From: SAR324 cluster bacterium
Lineage (GTDB): Bacteria; SAR324; NAC60-12
Length of the DNA stretch: 56,918 nt
Assembly: GCA_016764995.1 (NCBI GenBank)
Contig: JAESQU010000100.1
Coordinates: forward strand, 1-56,918
Direction: 5' to 3'
The notes beneath the pieces were generated by a model. That model searched no databases. It was not told where the DNA came from and saw nothing but the letters and a program-made list of their open reading frames with translations. The position numbers were made by a program, and so were the translations under genes. This document shows, piece after piece, positions 9,319 through 18,917 of the stretch; the first letter of the stretch is position 1, and every line of letters begins with the position of its first letter.

Positions 9319-10560
9319 TTATTGTCTGAATGTTTTCTCTTCCTTGTGGCCAAGTTGAGTCAATGAACTTTCTAAACGTTTCTGGAGTGGAATAAAACTA
9401 TCATCAACAGTCACAGCAGCATCCACAGAATCTTTACCTAATTTGACCAAAGTCATAACACCATCTTTAGTAAAGCGCATCAAATCGCGGTGAATATAAC
9501 CGTAATGAGTGATGTTTCCAAACTCAGTTAAAACAGGAAGATCAGCTTTTTTAGGAGTTGATTTTGATGTAAGTTTGAGTGCTCTGCGGTAAGCCACCAC
9601 CGCAAGATTGAACACCGGGGCCATGTTTTCACGGGCAGTGCGGTCACCACTTTCAATCCGTAACATTTGATATTTCAATGCCTGCATTTGAATACGACCT
9701 TCCATGAGAAGAGGATAAGTCAGCTTATTGTCAATCCGGCCCAGCCGTTTTGCCAAGTCAAGTCCAGCACTCTGAAGCAAGGGTATTTGCCTCAGCATTT
9801 CAATTGCCTGGACTGCTTTGCTGATGATCATATTCTGTTTGTTTGGATTTACTTTTTCTGTTTCGCCACTAAAAAAAGAACTGTGCGCTTTTCCTCCATG
9901 GGTCAGTTCCTCAATTTCTTCATGTGAAATTGAGGCAGTCATCTTGTCCTTTATGTTATGAATGACTGTTTCACAATTTTCGATCAAAGACTCTGCAATT
10001 TGAATTTCTGTTTTTGCGGACTTCATATCATGAACATTATCATCTTCATCAAAATCTTTATTATCTACATCAATCCCGCTCATGTTTACATTTTTCAATT
10101 CTTTTGATCTGATGGCCATCATTTTATGTTTGTGAAGATTTGCCAGACGCTCCAAATAAGAACGATATGTATGTACAACCAACTGCAGAAAGGTAGGAGA
10201 AATATCACCAAGATAAATGGGAATTGACGCCTGCAGCATCATGTTTAGATGAGTATGAAGGTGATGGTCTTTGCGGTCTGCCATCACGGCGTTCACTATG
10301 CTCAAACGTGCCAGGGGATTGGTCGGATCGCTATCTAATTGCTTGATTAACTTTGAAACCTTTTTGTTATTTGGAACATCACTTTGCAGGATACTGCCGT
10401 CAACATGCGGGTTTTCATGTTTGCCGCCAAAGATTTTTTTTACTCCGGATTTTTTATTATGCTCTCTTATATCCGTAATAATTTTAGCTATTTGATTCTG
10501 GAAGCTAATGAAATTTACATTTGGAGTTTTAGGATTTTCTACCAGTTCTTTGGCGGCCAT
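9319..10560 (-). CDS. Hypothetical protein, predicted mostly helical; co-oriented partner of the giant upstream gene
   Basis: 413-aa uninterrupted ORF lying 134 nt downstream of the giant gene and 30 nt upstream of tilS. No motif recognised. Confidence 0.7.
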   Translation of the reverse strand: MAAKELVENPKTPNVNFISFQNQIAKIITDIREHNKKSGVKKIFGGKHENPHVDGSILQSDVPNNKKVSKLIKQLDSDPTNPLARLSIVNAVMADRKDHHLHTHLNMMLQASIPIYLGDISPTFLQLVVHTYRSYLERLANLHKHKMMAIRSKELKNVNMSGIDVDNKDFDEDDNVHDMKSAKTEIQIAESLIENCETVIHNIKDKMTASISHEEIEELTHGGKAHSSFFSGETEKVNPNKQNMIISKAVQAIEMLRQIPLLQSAGLDLAKRLGRIDNKLTYPLLMEGRIQMQALKYQMLRIESGDRTARENMAPVFNLAVVAYRRALKLTSKSTPKKADLPVLTEFGNITHYGYIHRDLMRFTKDGVMTLVKLGKDSVDAAVTVDDSFIPLQKRLESSLTQLGHKEEKTFRQ

Positions 10561-10694
10561 TTTTTAGCTCAGTGGCTTGGTTAAAAATGAAAGCAAATCA
10601 ATTCAGTTGTTTGCATTATTATACGGATTAGACGGCTAAATGGAAACTGTTTTATCATGGCAAATTTAATTACTGATCTTTAAATCTGCCGTTG

Positions 10695-13600
10695 TTAGCC
10701 GTGCATAGATGCTTTGCCGATTTCATCAAATGTTCGACTCATAGGAAAGGGTTTTAAATGCTCGCGTGTGCCAATCGAATTATGGGGCCAGAGCGTGTTG
10801 GCGATGCCATTGAGGTAATTCTGCTGAAATTTTGGTGTTATTGGAAAATTGTAATTTGCGCCGTTGACCCAAATTTGCAGGTGGGGTAGATTTGAGGATC
10901 GTAAAGGAATTTTTAAGGCAGATAAATTTCGCAAGAATAATAGCCGACATTCCTGGCTGTTGAGACGCATAAAAAATTCTGCTAATGCGGAATCACCACC
11001 AATTCTTAATTTTGGTGGTACTTTCTTGATGACAATGTTATGAATATTAAAATTTATCACAAATTGCTCACCAAGATTATCACGTACAATCAGTGAAAGC
11101 GTATCGAGTTTGTTGACATGACAGACCATCAAAATGTCTCGAATGTAGTGCATATTTACCATCAACTCTCGTGATGAAACAGCAAATGGCGAAAAAAAAG
11201 TTTTTATTTTAGTAGCCAAAGTGAATAATGCACCACCTGAGATTGGATTCATCGCAATATCACTATGAATTTGTGCCGCTGGTTTTTCAAAGGTCGAAAG
11301 ATGTTTTCCACCAAAACCGACATAACCGCTAAAAGTACAGCGTGCAATACCCTCCACCAGGTTTGATTCAAACATCGGCATCACATTTTCTGCTCCACTT
11401 GCTCTGCCGGCTTCCTTGTGACTGAGCATTGAACTAAACTGCCACTTTGCGGATTTTCGTAAAAATTCAATCTTTATCCGTGAACGCGGGATGCTCAAAC
11501 TCTTAGAAATCGGCAAGGGTACCTGAAATGGTTTTCGTTCAAAGTTACGTTCAAAATGGAATTTAAAAATCACATTTTCCAATGAATCACCTGCAACCTT
11601 TACTTTCGCGTTTGTGATTGTCTTCCGGACCCAACTTTCCTCCATCTTTAATCCAAACTGACTAAAAAAATCAACAATTTTTCCTTGAACACTTTTTAGT
11701 TTTTGTAATTCCTCATAGACGATCTTGGCCTGCATTTGCTCAATTTTATTGAGGGGGATTTTCCTTTTAAGTTTTACCAGCACCTTCCGGTCTTCAATCG
11801 ACACACGTTGATTGACAACATCAAGCAAAGGACTCAGAAATTCTGTTGCTGTTTCTTTTTCAAAACCTTTCTCGCTAAGCCGTGCCAGCTGATTTGATAT
11901 TTGCTGGAGAGCGCGTGTATGTCCAATTTTGCATAGTTTTTTCTCAACTCGTGTCATTGACTCAAGAAAAAGCTTCTTGAGAATTTTTTCCACTTTGTTA
12001 CCAGCATCATCCCTGCCTTCTGTAAAACGGATTAGTTCACGACGGTCTTCAGGAATAGAGAAAAAAATATTATAAAAATCAACCAATGCTCTGCTACGCC
12101 AAGTCGCGTTTTCATCTTGCCAGAATGCTTTGCCGTCATCTCCGAAGTTTATAACATCAGAAATTCGCATGTGCTGTGCAAAGCAAAAAATAATATTTTT
12201 TTGAGTTTCAGAAAGAGTATTGAGTTCAAAATCCGGTTCTTCTTCTTCTTGTTCATAACTTTCAAAACGTACCAGCATTTCAGTAAATTTCAACCACCAC
12301 GGGTCGAGTTGTAGCGTTGGATAATCTTCTTCCATCTTAATAATCGCGTCAATCAAAGGGCCTTTACGTTGTTCCCGAACAAAATTTCTTCCTTCCGGAT
12401 TCCATAATAAACGAGTGAGACTTGTAGGCAGATCATCTTCCTTGTCAATACAGACAATCATTTCCAACCACCAACAGTTCAGTAAAGCTTTTGGGAGATT
12501 ACGGTGGCTGATTTTCTCACTTTCCCGCAAAAAAATAGGTAGTGCGTGACCCAAAAACATTTCACGAGGAATGATAATTTCTCCCCAATTCGGTAATTTT
12601 CCCAGCACAAAAGTTTCTTTTTCTTCTTCCAGAATTTGTGCCTTTTCAGCAACATTCTGCTTTAGCTGTCCCTCTTCAATTTTCGTTTGAGCAGTTATAT
12701 CTTTTACTTCATATTCTGCAACAAGGTTTTGTTTTAGTGTCCAATCTGCTTCAGGAAAAACACCAATTGATGAGAGAATTTTAAAATTCTTGGGCAAATC
12801 AAAAGGCATCGGAGTAATACCACAGATCATGGCCGCTGGATTAAGGAGAAAATCGTTCAGCATCAACGCATAAGCCATACTTCCTTCTGGAGAAACCAAA
12901 AATGGAGTGTGCTTTCCGTTGCGTTGTTTACGCAAAATGTTTGTAAAAAAATGAATTTCTGTAGTCGGATATTTTTTTGTAAGGTACGCCTCTGCTTGCT
13001 GAATTTTGAGATGCAGTGGATATTCAATTTCAGCTTCCAAATCCTTGGCTTGTCCGTCTGAAAAAGTTTCAATCAACATGACCATCCTGGAACTATATTT
13101 TATTTCCAGTTTTGACATGATTTTCTTTTCCAGCCCATCATCCAGTATTAAATTTTTAGTGCTAAAGTGTTGCTTTAGTACCTTTATTGCTTCTGAAACA
13201 TTGGCGCGTGAAATAAAAGCAACTTGATTGGAAAGGTGTTCAAAAAACTCGTTTAAAAGTAATGACAATTGAGAGTTATTGGTCAAACTATTCAAAAAAC
13301 AAGCATCTTGTTTTTCATCCGGCATAGATTCGGGAGACAAGTTGTTGCCGACCGCAAAGCGCCACAATACCTGGCGCGCACCGGCCTCATCTAGGAAAGT
13401 GTTGCGGTAAAATTGAACTAACCAGTTAAGTACCTTGCCTTTGTTGAATTGCTGCAACGAATACGGGAAACTCATTTTATGTAAATCTCCTCTGTTTTTT
13501 TTGATAAAGGAGAAAAAATTATTAAGTGGAGGCAACAAATCTTCACAATCCGGAAACTTTTTCAAAGTTGTAATGACAGCTCTCAGGAATAATCCATTTT

Positions 13601-14549
13601 GATCTTCTGTGGGTCGATTTTGTAAATGTAATTGAATCAATTTGTGCAGTTCCTTGCGGTAACTGCTGGCAAAGATGAACTCAATTACTCGCAGCTCTTC
13701 TTCGTTTAAGCCTTTACCGCATTTTTCTTTTAAAATCTCAATTGACGATTTTTTTATCGCTATTTGTTCTTTAGCATTCAGGGCATTACGGAAATAATTG
13801 TCATAAAAAGACTCCATCACATTTGCAATCAGTGCAACGAAGAAATCAGCGTCATTCCAACTGAAATTAAATTCCGGATTTGTGTTGATGATAACTTGCG
13901 CATCCATATCCGAATCAGGTTTGTGTCCGATTCCGCCCAAACTTCCAATGGTTGTGAGAGCCTTGATCATCTTTGCTGAGTCTTGTTTGAAATGACTCAC
14001 GAGGTCTGTTCCAGCAAATTCCTGCTCCAGATGAGCATCCATGCCCGCCTCACCCTTGATTGCGGCAGAAGACAAAAATCTTTCTATTCCTTCAATTCCA
14101 TGAATTGCTCCTTTTTGAAAAACATCAAAAGCAATACTGCGCATGACCGGCTTGCCAGCTTCATCAAACTTCCCTGTTTTTTCCTGTACTTCCAATACCG
14201 GCGAATCTTCCGGATTGATATCAAAAAGGAGCATACCTTCAAACATGGTTCGGTGCATTTCTTCATCACAAAGTTCCAGTAAACTTGCTAATCGTAAGCG
14301 GTTTATCCGGCCCATCTCATTAAATTCCCTTTGTGCGTACTCTTTCCATTTTTTCAAATGTTCTGTGTGGTAGGAGTCTCGCAGAGAATCACTGATTTTG
14401 GTGGAACTGAGGGATTGCAACAAAGTTTTAAATCCGCTTGCAGCAAAATCACCTTGAGGATTACATGGTATTTGAGCATTAAACGAACAGAGTAACTCAA
14501 GTTGTCTGTCGAGTTGGGAAAGTGTTTCGGTGCTCAAATCAGTATTCAT
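10695..14549 (-). CDS. Giant (~1285 aa) protein with a Pol-beta-type nucleotidyltransferase motif; class I adenylate-cyclase-like by local similarity
   Basis: IGSLGGIGHKPDSDMDAQVI (D-S-D-M-D at nt 13902-13916) resembles [20 protein letters not shown] of E. coli CyaA. It also resembles the GKLGGxELxxxSDxDL motif of the GlnE in this window. A later EIHFFTNIL...ALMLNDFLLNPAA segment resembles VSFFLID...LLLDEFYRTA. ATG at 14549 (MNTDLSTE) is preferred over the TTG at 14597. Confidence 0.8.
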   Translation of the reverse strand: MNTDLSTETLSQLDRQLELLCSFNAQIPCNPQGDFAASGFKTLLQSLSSTKISDSLRDSYHTEHLKKWKEYAQREFNEMGRINRLRLASLLELCDEEMHRTMFEGMLLFDINPEDSPVLEVQEKTGKFDEAGKPVMRSIAFDVFQKGAIHGIEGIERFLSSAAIKGEAGMDAHLEQEFAGTDLVSHFKQDSAKMIKALTTIGSLGGIGHKPDSDMDAQVIINTNPEFNFSWNDADFFVALIANVMESFYDNYFRNALNAKEQIAIKKSSIEILKEKCGKGLNEEELRVIEFIFASSYRKELHKLIQLHLQNRPTEDQNGLFLRAVITTLKKFPDCEDLLPPLNNFFSFIKKNRGDLHKMSFPYSLQQFNKGKVLNWLVQFYRNTFLDEAGARQVLWRFAVGNNLSPESMPDEKQDACFLNSLTNNSQLSLLLNEFFEHLSNQVAFISRANVSEAIKVLKQHFSTKNLILDDGLEKKIMSKLEIKYSSRMVMLIETFSDGQAKDLEAEIEYPLHLKIQQAEAYLTKKYPTTEIHFFTNILRKQRNGKHTPFLVSPEGSMAYALMLNDFLLNPAAMICGITPMPFDLPKNFKILSSIGVFPEADWTLKQNLVAEYEVKDITAQTKIEEGQLKQNVAEKAQILEEEKETFVLGKLPNWGEIIIPREMFLGHALPIFLRESEKISHRNLPKALLNCWWLEMIVCIDKEDDLPTSLTRLLWNPEGRNFVREQRKGPLIDAIIKMEEDYPTLQLDPWWLKFTEMLVRFESYEQEEEEPDFELNTLSETQKNIIFCFAQHMRISDVINFGDDGKAFWQDENATWRSRALVDFYNIFFSIPEDRRELIRFTEGRDDAGNKVEKILKKLFLESMTRVEKKLCKIGHTRALQQISNQLARLSEKGFEKETATEFLSPLLDVVNQRVSIEDRKVLVKLKRKIPLNKIEQMQAKIVYEELQKLKSVQGKIVDFFSQFGLKMEESWVRKTITNAKVKVAGDSLENVIFKFHFERNFERKPFQVPLPISKSLSIPRSRIKIEFLRKSAKWQFSSMLSHKEAGRASGAENVMPMFESNLVEGIARCTFSGYVGFGGKHLSTFEKPAAQIHSDIAMNPISGGALFTLATKIKTFFSPFAVSSRELMVNMHYIRDILMVCHVNKLDTLSLIVRDNLGEQFVINFNIHNIVIKKVPPKLRIGGDSALAEFFMRLNSQECRLLFLRNLSALKIPLRSSNLPHLQIWVNGANYNFPITPKFQQNYLNGIANTLWPHNSIGTREHLKPFPMSRTFDEIGKASMHG

Positions 14550-14888
14550 GCAATTGTTCAAAAATGATATTAGTAGAATTATAATGTTGCACAACATTTA
14601 TAGCAAATAAACGCGAAAAACGGAATGTAATATTAGTTGAAAAACACTACCTCAGATGTTCTTAACTTGTATAAAAAGACGAGGAGGGACTGACTTCGCT
14701 TAAAAAAAGAAGTTTGCCATTACTGTTAATGCCGGAGTCAATTGGAACTTACTTAGAAATATAACTTGATGCGAATGGTTGGGAAGACAGGAATGTTTTT
14801 GAATCTGTATGGAGCCGGTCAGCTACTGTAAAGCTAACCATGCTGAAGTTACTATGAGTAAGTAAATTTCAAAAAACGAGGTTCTGTT

Positions 14889-15659
14889 TTACTCAGTACC
14901 ACCTTTGGCAAGATCTCCGAGGCGGCCGAAGAAACCGGCTTTTTGCTTGCCAAGCAAGGGAGCAAGTTTTTGGAGACGTTCCCGAATTAGGCTTCCACTT
15001 TGCTGGCGTTTAATTTTTACATTTGGGTTGGCAAGTTTGCTGGCGGAAACAATGTTTGAATCATTTACGTCTGCCGGACGCAAAATTCCGGTTACAGTGG
15101 TAATATATCGGACCTGATTACGTTGTCGATAATCAATTTTTTGCCCTTTGATGAGCATATTCCCATCCGGAAGAACCCGGATTACTCTTGCGGAAATTCC
15201 ATCCAGATTTCGTAAAATGTCGTTTTGTTCCTCTTCAATTTCATCTCTGAGCGTCAAGGCTTCTAAAGCAACGTTTGCAGTTTCTGCTCCTCCTGCCGGT
15301 TGACCTTCTGGAGCTAATTTAGGAGGAGGAACATTTACGATTAAACTCATTTCATTTATACTAAGCAAATCTCCACGGAAGCGGGCACGATGATCCCGGA
15401 GTAAATTTCCGAATGATGATTCATAGCGCCAGAGAGAGCCTTCATATAGATTTCTGCTCGAGGAAATTCGTTTACGGCGCAGACGTTTTGATGTCAGTAT
15501 TAATTTTTCATTCTGTTTAATTAACGCTTTTGCCGCTAAAACATCAGCCGGAGGACGTGGTTGTGATCTGGGCGGAAGACAACCTGTGATAATCAGCGCC
15601 AGCAATGAGGCCAAAAACCAGTTCAACAACCTTGAAAATGTGAATGAAAATCGAAACAC
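14889..15659 (-). CDS. flgH: Flagellar L-ring lipoprotein
   Basis: Lipobox LIITGC. GSLWRY...LLRDHRARFRGDLL and VTGILRPADVNDSNIVSASKLANPNV match conserved FlgH blocks. Confidence 0.88.
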   Translation of the reverse strand: MFRFSFTFSRLLNWFLASLLALIITGCLPPRSQPRPPADVLAAKALIKQNEKLILTSKRLRRKRISSSRNLYEGSLWRYESSFGNLLRDHRARFRGDLLSINEMSLIVNVPPPKLAPEGQPAGGAETANVALEALTLRDEIEEEQNDILRNLDGISARVIRVLPDGNMLIKGQKIDYRQRNQVRYITTVTGILRPADVNDSNIVSASKLANPNVKIKRQQSGSLIRERLQKLAPLLGKQKAGFFGRLGDLAKGGTE

Positions 15660-15700
15660 TTTTATAATTTTAATTAAAATTTAACACGGAATACAAATCA

Positions 15701-16689
15701 CTAATTTACCACTACCATATTTCTGGTTTTTACTATTGCAAAAACCACGATTTTGCTATCAAGATTTTTTACAGGAATACGTTCTCCTTTACGTCCTTTG
15801 GCTAAAGAAATTCCTGGTGCGGAAAGACGCAAAAATGGAGTTTCAAAAACGATTTGCAATCGATCACCGGATTTCACCAGTGGTGGTGCCGAAACTGTGT
15901 TTCCTCGTATCGCCTCACTTGGATTTATGGTACGTGAGGAAATCTTGCCAATTAGTAGATTTTTGTCAGTTACATATTCGCGCGGCATCCGATCCACATT
16001 TTTACGGACTTTCAGTATATCCGCCTCTTCTATAACCTGGTTACGCTTAATAGTATCGCGGGCAACAAAAATTTCTTTGTATAATTTCAGATAGGTTCGC
16101 ACGGTAACTACCCTGACTGCCTCACCGTTTATACTGAACTCAACTTCATAATTACGGTATCCACCTTCTTTTTTATATTTACCTTTTGAAGTAATCACAT
16201 AACTAACCTGTCCTCTTGGCAGAAAAATATCTCTTGTCTTTGCCAGCAGGCGGGGCTTCAAATCCTCATTTTTGTTTGACTCTCTGATGAATATCAAAAC
16301 AACTTGTTCAATGTCTTTGCCTGAAATTTTAAGTGCCGCTCGCTGAATGGCGCTGGAATCTGATCCTGGAAAAACAATTTTTTTAATATTGAATTTATGT
16401 GAACGTAAACGGGAGAGAATTAAAGAGCGGGTAACGGTTAATTTTCGCCCTGGTAAAGGCGCACGTCCAATGACAATGTTAGCAAGTTTTTCCAGCAGTA
16501 GAACATCTTCACCTTCAAGCTGGGCAATCTCTCCCAGTCGATATTCATCGCTGTCAATGACTGATGAATGTGGAAGAAAAATTTTAATTTGCTGAGTTTC
16601 GAAAGTTTGTTTCCTAAGGAAAATGCTGTTCCGGAAAAGAAGATAAATAACAGTGTCAACAATCCGTAATTATACAGAAAACGTTTCAT
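15701..16689 (-). pseudogene. flgA: Flagellar P-ring assembly chaperone FlgA, interrupted by a 1-nt frameshift
   Basis: The signal peptide MKRFLYNYGLLTLLFIFFSGTAFS is in one frame (ATG 16689). The FlgA body is in the adjacent frame, which is open from 16669 to 15701: QTFETQQIKIF..DEYRLGEIAQLEGED..IGRAPLPGRKLTV..., ending GERIPVKNLDSKIVVFAIV. That frame has no ATG/GTG/TTG before 16297. Confidence 0.75.
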
Positions 16690-16793
16690 AGCTCTACCTT
16701 TTGATTTAACCACCTTGTGGATTCTGAATTCTTGATTTTACTTACCCATTTGAAACAATTATTTAAATTTTTGCTGACCTGTAGTTTAATTAA

Positions 16794-17582
16794 TTACCGA
16801 ACCAGATTGTTGGTATTTTTAAGCATTTCATCTGCAGACTGAATTGCTTTAGAATTTACTTCATACGCACGCTGCGCGGTAATCATATTGACCATTTCTT
16901 CAACCAGGGAAACATTTGAACGCTCTAAAAATCCCTGTGAGAGTGACCCCATGTTGCTCGAGCCCGGGGCATCTACGATCGCATTCCCAGATGCAGGAGT
17001 TGATAGATAAAGGTTTTTCCCAATTGGAGTCAGTCCTGCAGGATTTTGAAAGCGTGCCAGTTGAATGCTGCCGAGTGCTTCAGGCAAATTATCATCCCGC
17101 AAAAAAACAGATACTGTACCATCGATTCCAATCTGAACTTTTCTGGTATCAGCCGGTATATTAATTTCCGGATCCATCAGCATTCCATCATTTGTCACCA
17201 AACGTCCCATACCGTCAACATTGAAATGACCATCCCTGGAATAAGCAATTATTCCGTTTGGTTGCAGAATTTGAAAAAATCCCATTCCATCAATACTCAT
17301 GTCCAGATCATTTCCGGTGTTTTCCATGTTGCCCTGCGTATGAACCTTGTCGATACTGACGTACTTCACACCGTGCCCAACATGAATTCCAACTGGAACT
17401 TGTGTAGAAACAGAAGAAGGAACACCGGCGCTGCGTTCATTATAATAAAGCAAATCCTGAAACTGGACCTTGCTTTTTTTAAATCCGGTTGTGTTAACGT
17501 TTGCCAGGTTGTTAGCGGTGGTATCGATATTTCTTTGCTGGGCCTGCATTCCGGTAGCAGCCGTATAAAGTGCGCGCATCAT
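16794..17582 (-). CDS. flgG: Flagellar distal rod protein
   Basis: MRALYTAATGMQAQQRNIDTTANNLANVNTTGFK at the N-terminus and ITAQRAYEVNSKAI at the C-terminus. 262 aa. Confidence 0.92.
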   Translation of the reverse strand: MMRALYTAATGMQAQQRNIDTTANNLANVNTTGFKKSKVQFQDLLYYNERSAGVPSSVSTQVPVGIHVGHGVKYVSIDKVHTQGNMENTGNDLDMSIDGMGFFQILQPNGIIAYSRDGHFNVDGMGRLVTNDGMLMDPEINIPADTRKVQIGIDGTVSVFLRDDNLPEALGSIQLARFQNPAGLTPIGKNLYLSTPASGNAIVDAPGSSNMGSLSQGFLERSNVSLVEEMVNMITAQRAYEVNSKAIQSADEMLKNTNNLVR

Positions 17583-17640
17583 AAGCGGTAAACTCCTGTG
17601 TCAGATTATTATGTTGGAGGTTAATTCGTTAAAAAAATTA

Positions 17641-18411
17641 TTATCCCTGAACCATGCTAATGGCTTTTTCATCTAATTTGTCGATTCTGGAAAGCGCTCT
17701 GTGTACAGTCTCATAGGCACGTGTCGCGGTGATCATTCGGGTCATTTCGAGCATACTGTTCACATTTGAATCTTCCAGCATTCCTTGCTTAATCTGAATG
17801 TCATCTGATGCAATCGGAAGATCATTACTATCAACCGGCGCAAAAAATCCTTGTCCAAGTTTCTGCAACTGGTTTTGATTTATGAAACGTACCAAACGAA
17901 AGCTGTCTTGGATAATTCCATCAACACTGACTTGGCCGCTATCGTTAACTTGAATTAAACCTTCTTTGATGATGATTTCACCTTTTGTTCCCAGAACAGG
18001 ATAACCGTCATTGGTAACAACTCGGCCTCCCGCATCAAGTTGAAAATTTCCGGCACGTGTAAAACGCTCACCCTGGGGTGTTGCAATCGTGAAAAAACCG
18101 TCGTTGGCAAGTGCAAAATCAAGATCGTTGCCTGTAACACGCATACGGCCGGGTTCAAAATTCTTACCCACTTCATCGACGACTACTGCAGATTTGTCCA
18201 TGCCTACATAATCATCCAGATATTCGTGTGACAAAAACCGCTCTTCCAGGGATTCCGGAACAATCCGTTGCGCAGTGGAAAGAACTTCCCTGAAGGAAGG
18301 CTGATCTTCTTTGAAACCAACGGTGTTGACGTTGGCCAGGTTGTTTGCAACCGTTTCCATTTTATGCTCAATTACACCTGCTGCTTGAACAAGGCTGGTC
18401 ATGCCACTCAT
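17641..18411 (-). CDS. flgF: Flagellar proximal rod protein
   Basis: VANNLANVNTVGFKED at the N-terminus and ITATRAYETVHRAL at the C-terminus. It lies directly upstream of flgG. Confidence 0.85.
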   Translation of the reverse strand: MSGMTSLVQAAGVIEHKMETVANNLANVNTVGFKEDQPSFREVLSTAQRIVPESLEERFLSHEYLDDYVGMDKSAVVVDEVGKNFEPGRMRVTGNDLDFALANDGFFTIATPQGERFTRAGNFQLDAGGRVVTNDGYPVLGTKGEIIIKEGLIQVNDSGQVSVDGIIQDSFRLVRFINQNQLQKLGQGFFAPVDSNDLPIASDDIQIKQGMLEDSNVNSMLEMTRMITATRAYETVHRALSRIDKLDEKAISMVQG

Positions 18412-18471
18412 GGAGTTCCCTGAAGATTGAAGTTGTAAGTAAGATGTGAACTTTTAGCTGCTTAGGTAAAA

Positions 18472-18486
18472 GCAAGCAACATACCA
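18472..18486 (-). promoter_or_regulatory. Candidate sigma-54 (-24/-12) promoter for flgFGAH
   Basis: The minus strand reads TGGTAT-GTTGC-TTGC, with correct GG-N10-GC spacing, about 60 nt upstream of the flgF start. Confidence 0.45.
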
Positions 18487-18734
18487 GAGTCTCTCAACTG
18501 ACATGAGCAAATTATAAGCTGCTCAGATAAGTGTGTTTTAAATCAGCTGCTGTAAAAGAAGAGTGGCAGTTAGTGGACATTTTAATTAAATTCGGTTTTT
18601 TCCAACCAATATTATTTTCAAAATTAGTTTTCACATTCTGGTTTTAGCTTTAATTAAAAGGCAAAAAGAGGATAATGTTTGACTTGAACCGCAAATTTAG
18701 TTGATGGATTGTCTGCTTAACAAAAAATTCAGAC

Positions 18735-18751
18735 TGCACAATATTTGTGCA
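18735..18751. promoter_or_regulatory. NtrC-type enhancer palindrome upstream of glnA
   Basis: Perfect TGCACA-ATATT-TGTGCA. It has the same 17-bp geometry as the enteric NtrC site TGCACC-N5-GGTGCA and lies about 90 bp upstream of the sigma-54 element. Confidence 0.5.
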
Positions 18752-18831
18752 GTTGCTCAAAAAATGTGCTAAATTTGTTGTTAAAATGTAAAATATGCTG
18801 TAATATTAGCAAGATGCTTTATGGCTTGGTA

Positions 18832-18846
18832 TTTGCCTTAAGTAGC
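18832..18846 (+). promoter_or_regulatory. Candidate sigma-54 promoter of glnA
   Basis: TGGCTT-GGTAT-TTGC fits TGGCAC-N5-TTGC. It lies about 70 nt upstream of the glnA ATG. Confidence 0.55.
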
Positions 18847-18917
18847 AGGTTGTGTTTTTTTGTGCCACTTTATTGTGGTTAATTAATAATTAAAAATAGT
18901 AAATATAGGAATAGGTT

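Noticed and set aside
14598-14888. Possible tRNA or ncRNA in this and other large spacers (18412-18917, 25795-26082, 30866-31313).
   Set aside because: I saw no cloverleaf-compatible stems, no GTTCGAATC-type T-loop and no riboswitch core I recognise (glutamine, Moco, SAM). Only small AT-rich hairpins are present.
16347-16595. 82-aa plus-strand ORF, and the 91-aa minus ORF 16438-16713, in the flgA region as independent genes.
   Set aside because: The plus ORF is antisense to the FlgA body. The 91-aa ORF makes sense only for its first ~24 codons (signal peptide), after which the FlgA-like sequence continues in the neighbouring frame. I treated the region as one frameshifted flgA.
14889-18411. 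Absence of flgI after flgH as an anomaly.
   Set aside because: Flagellar gene order varies widely between phyla and flgI may simply be encoded elsewhere. This cannot be judged from one window.
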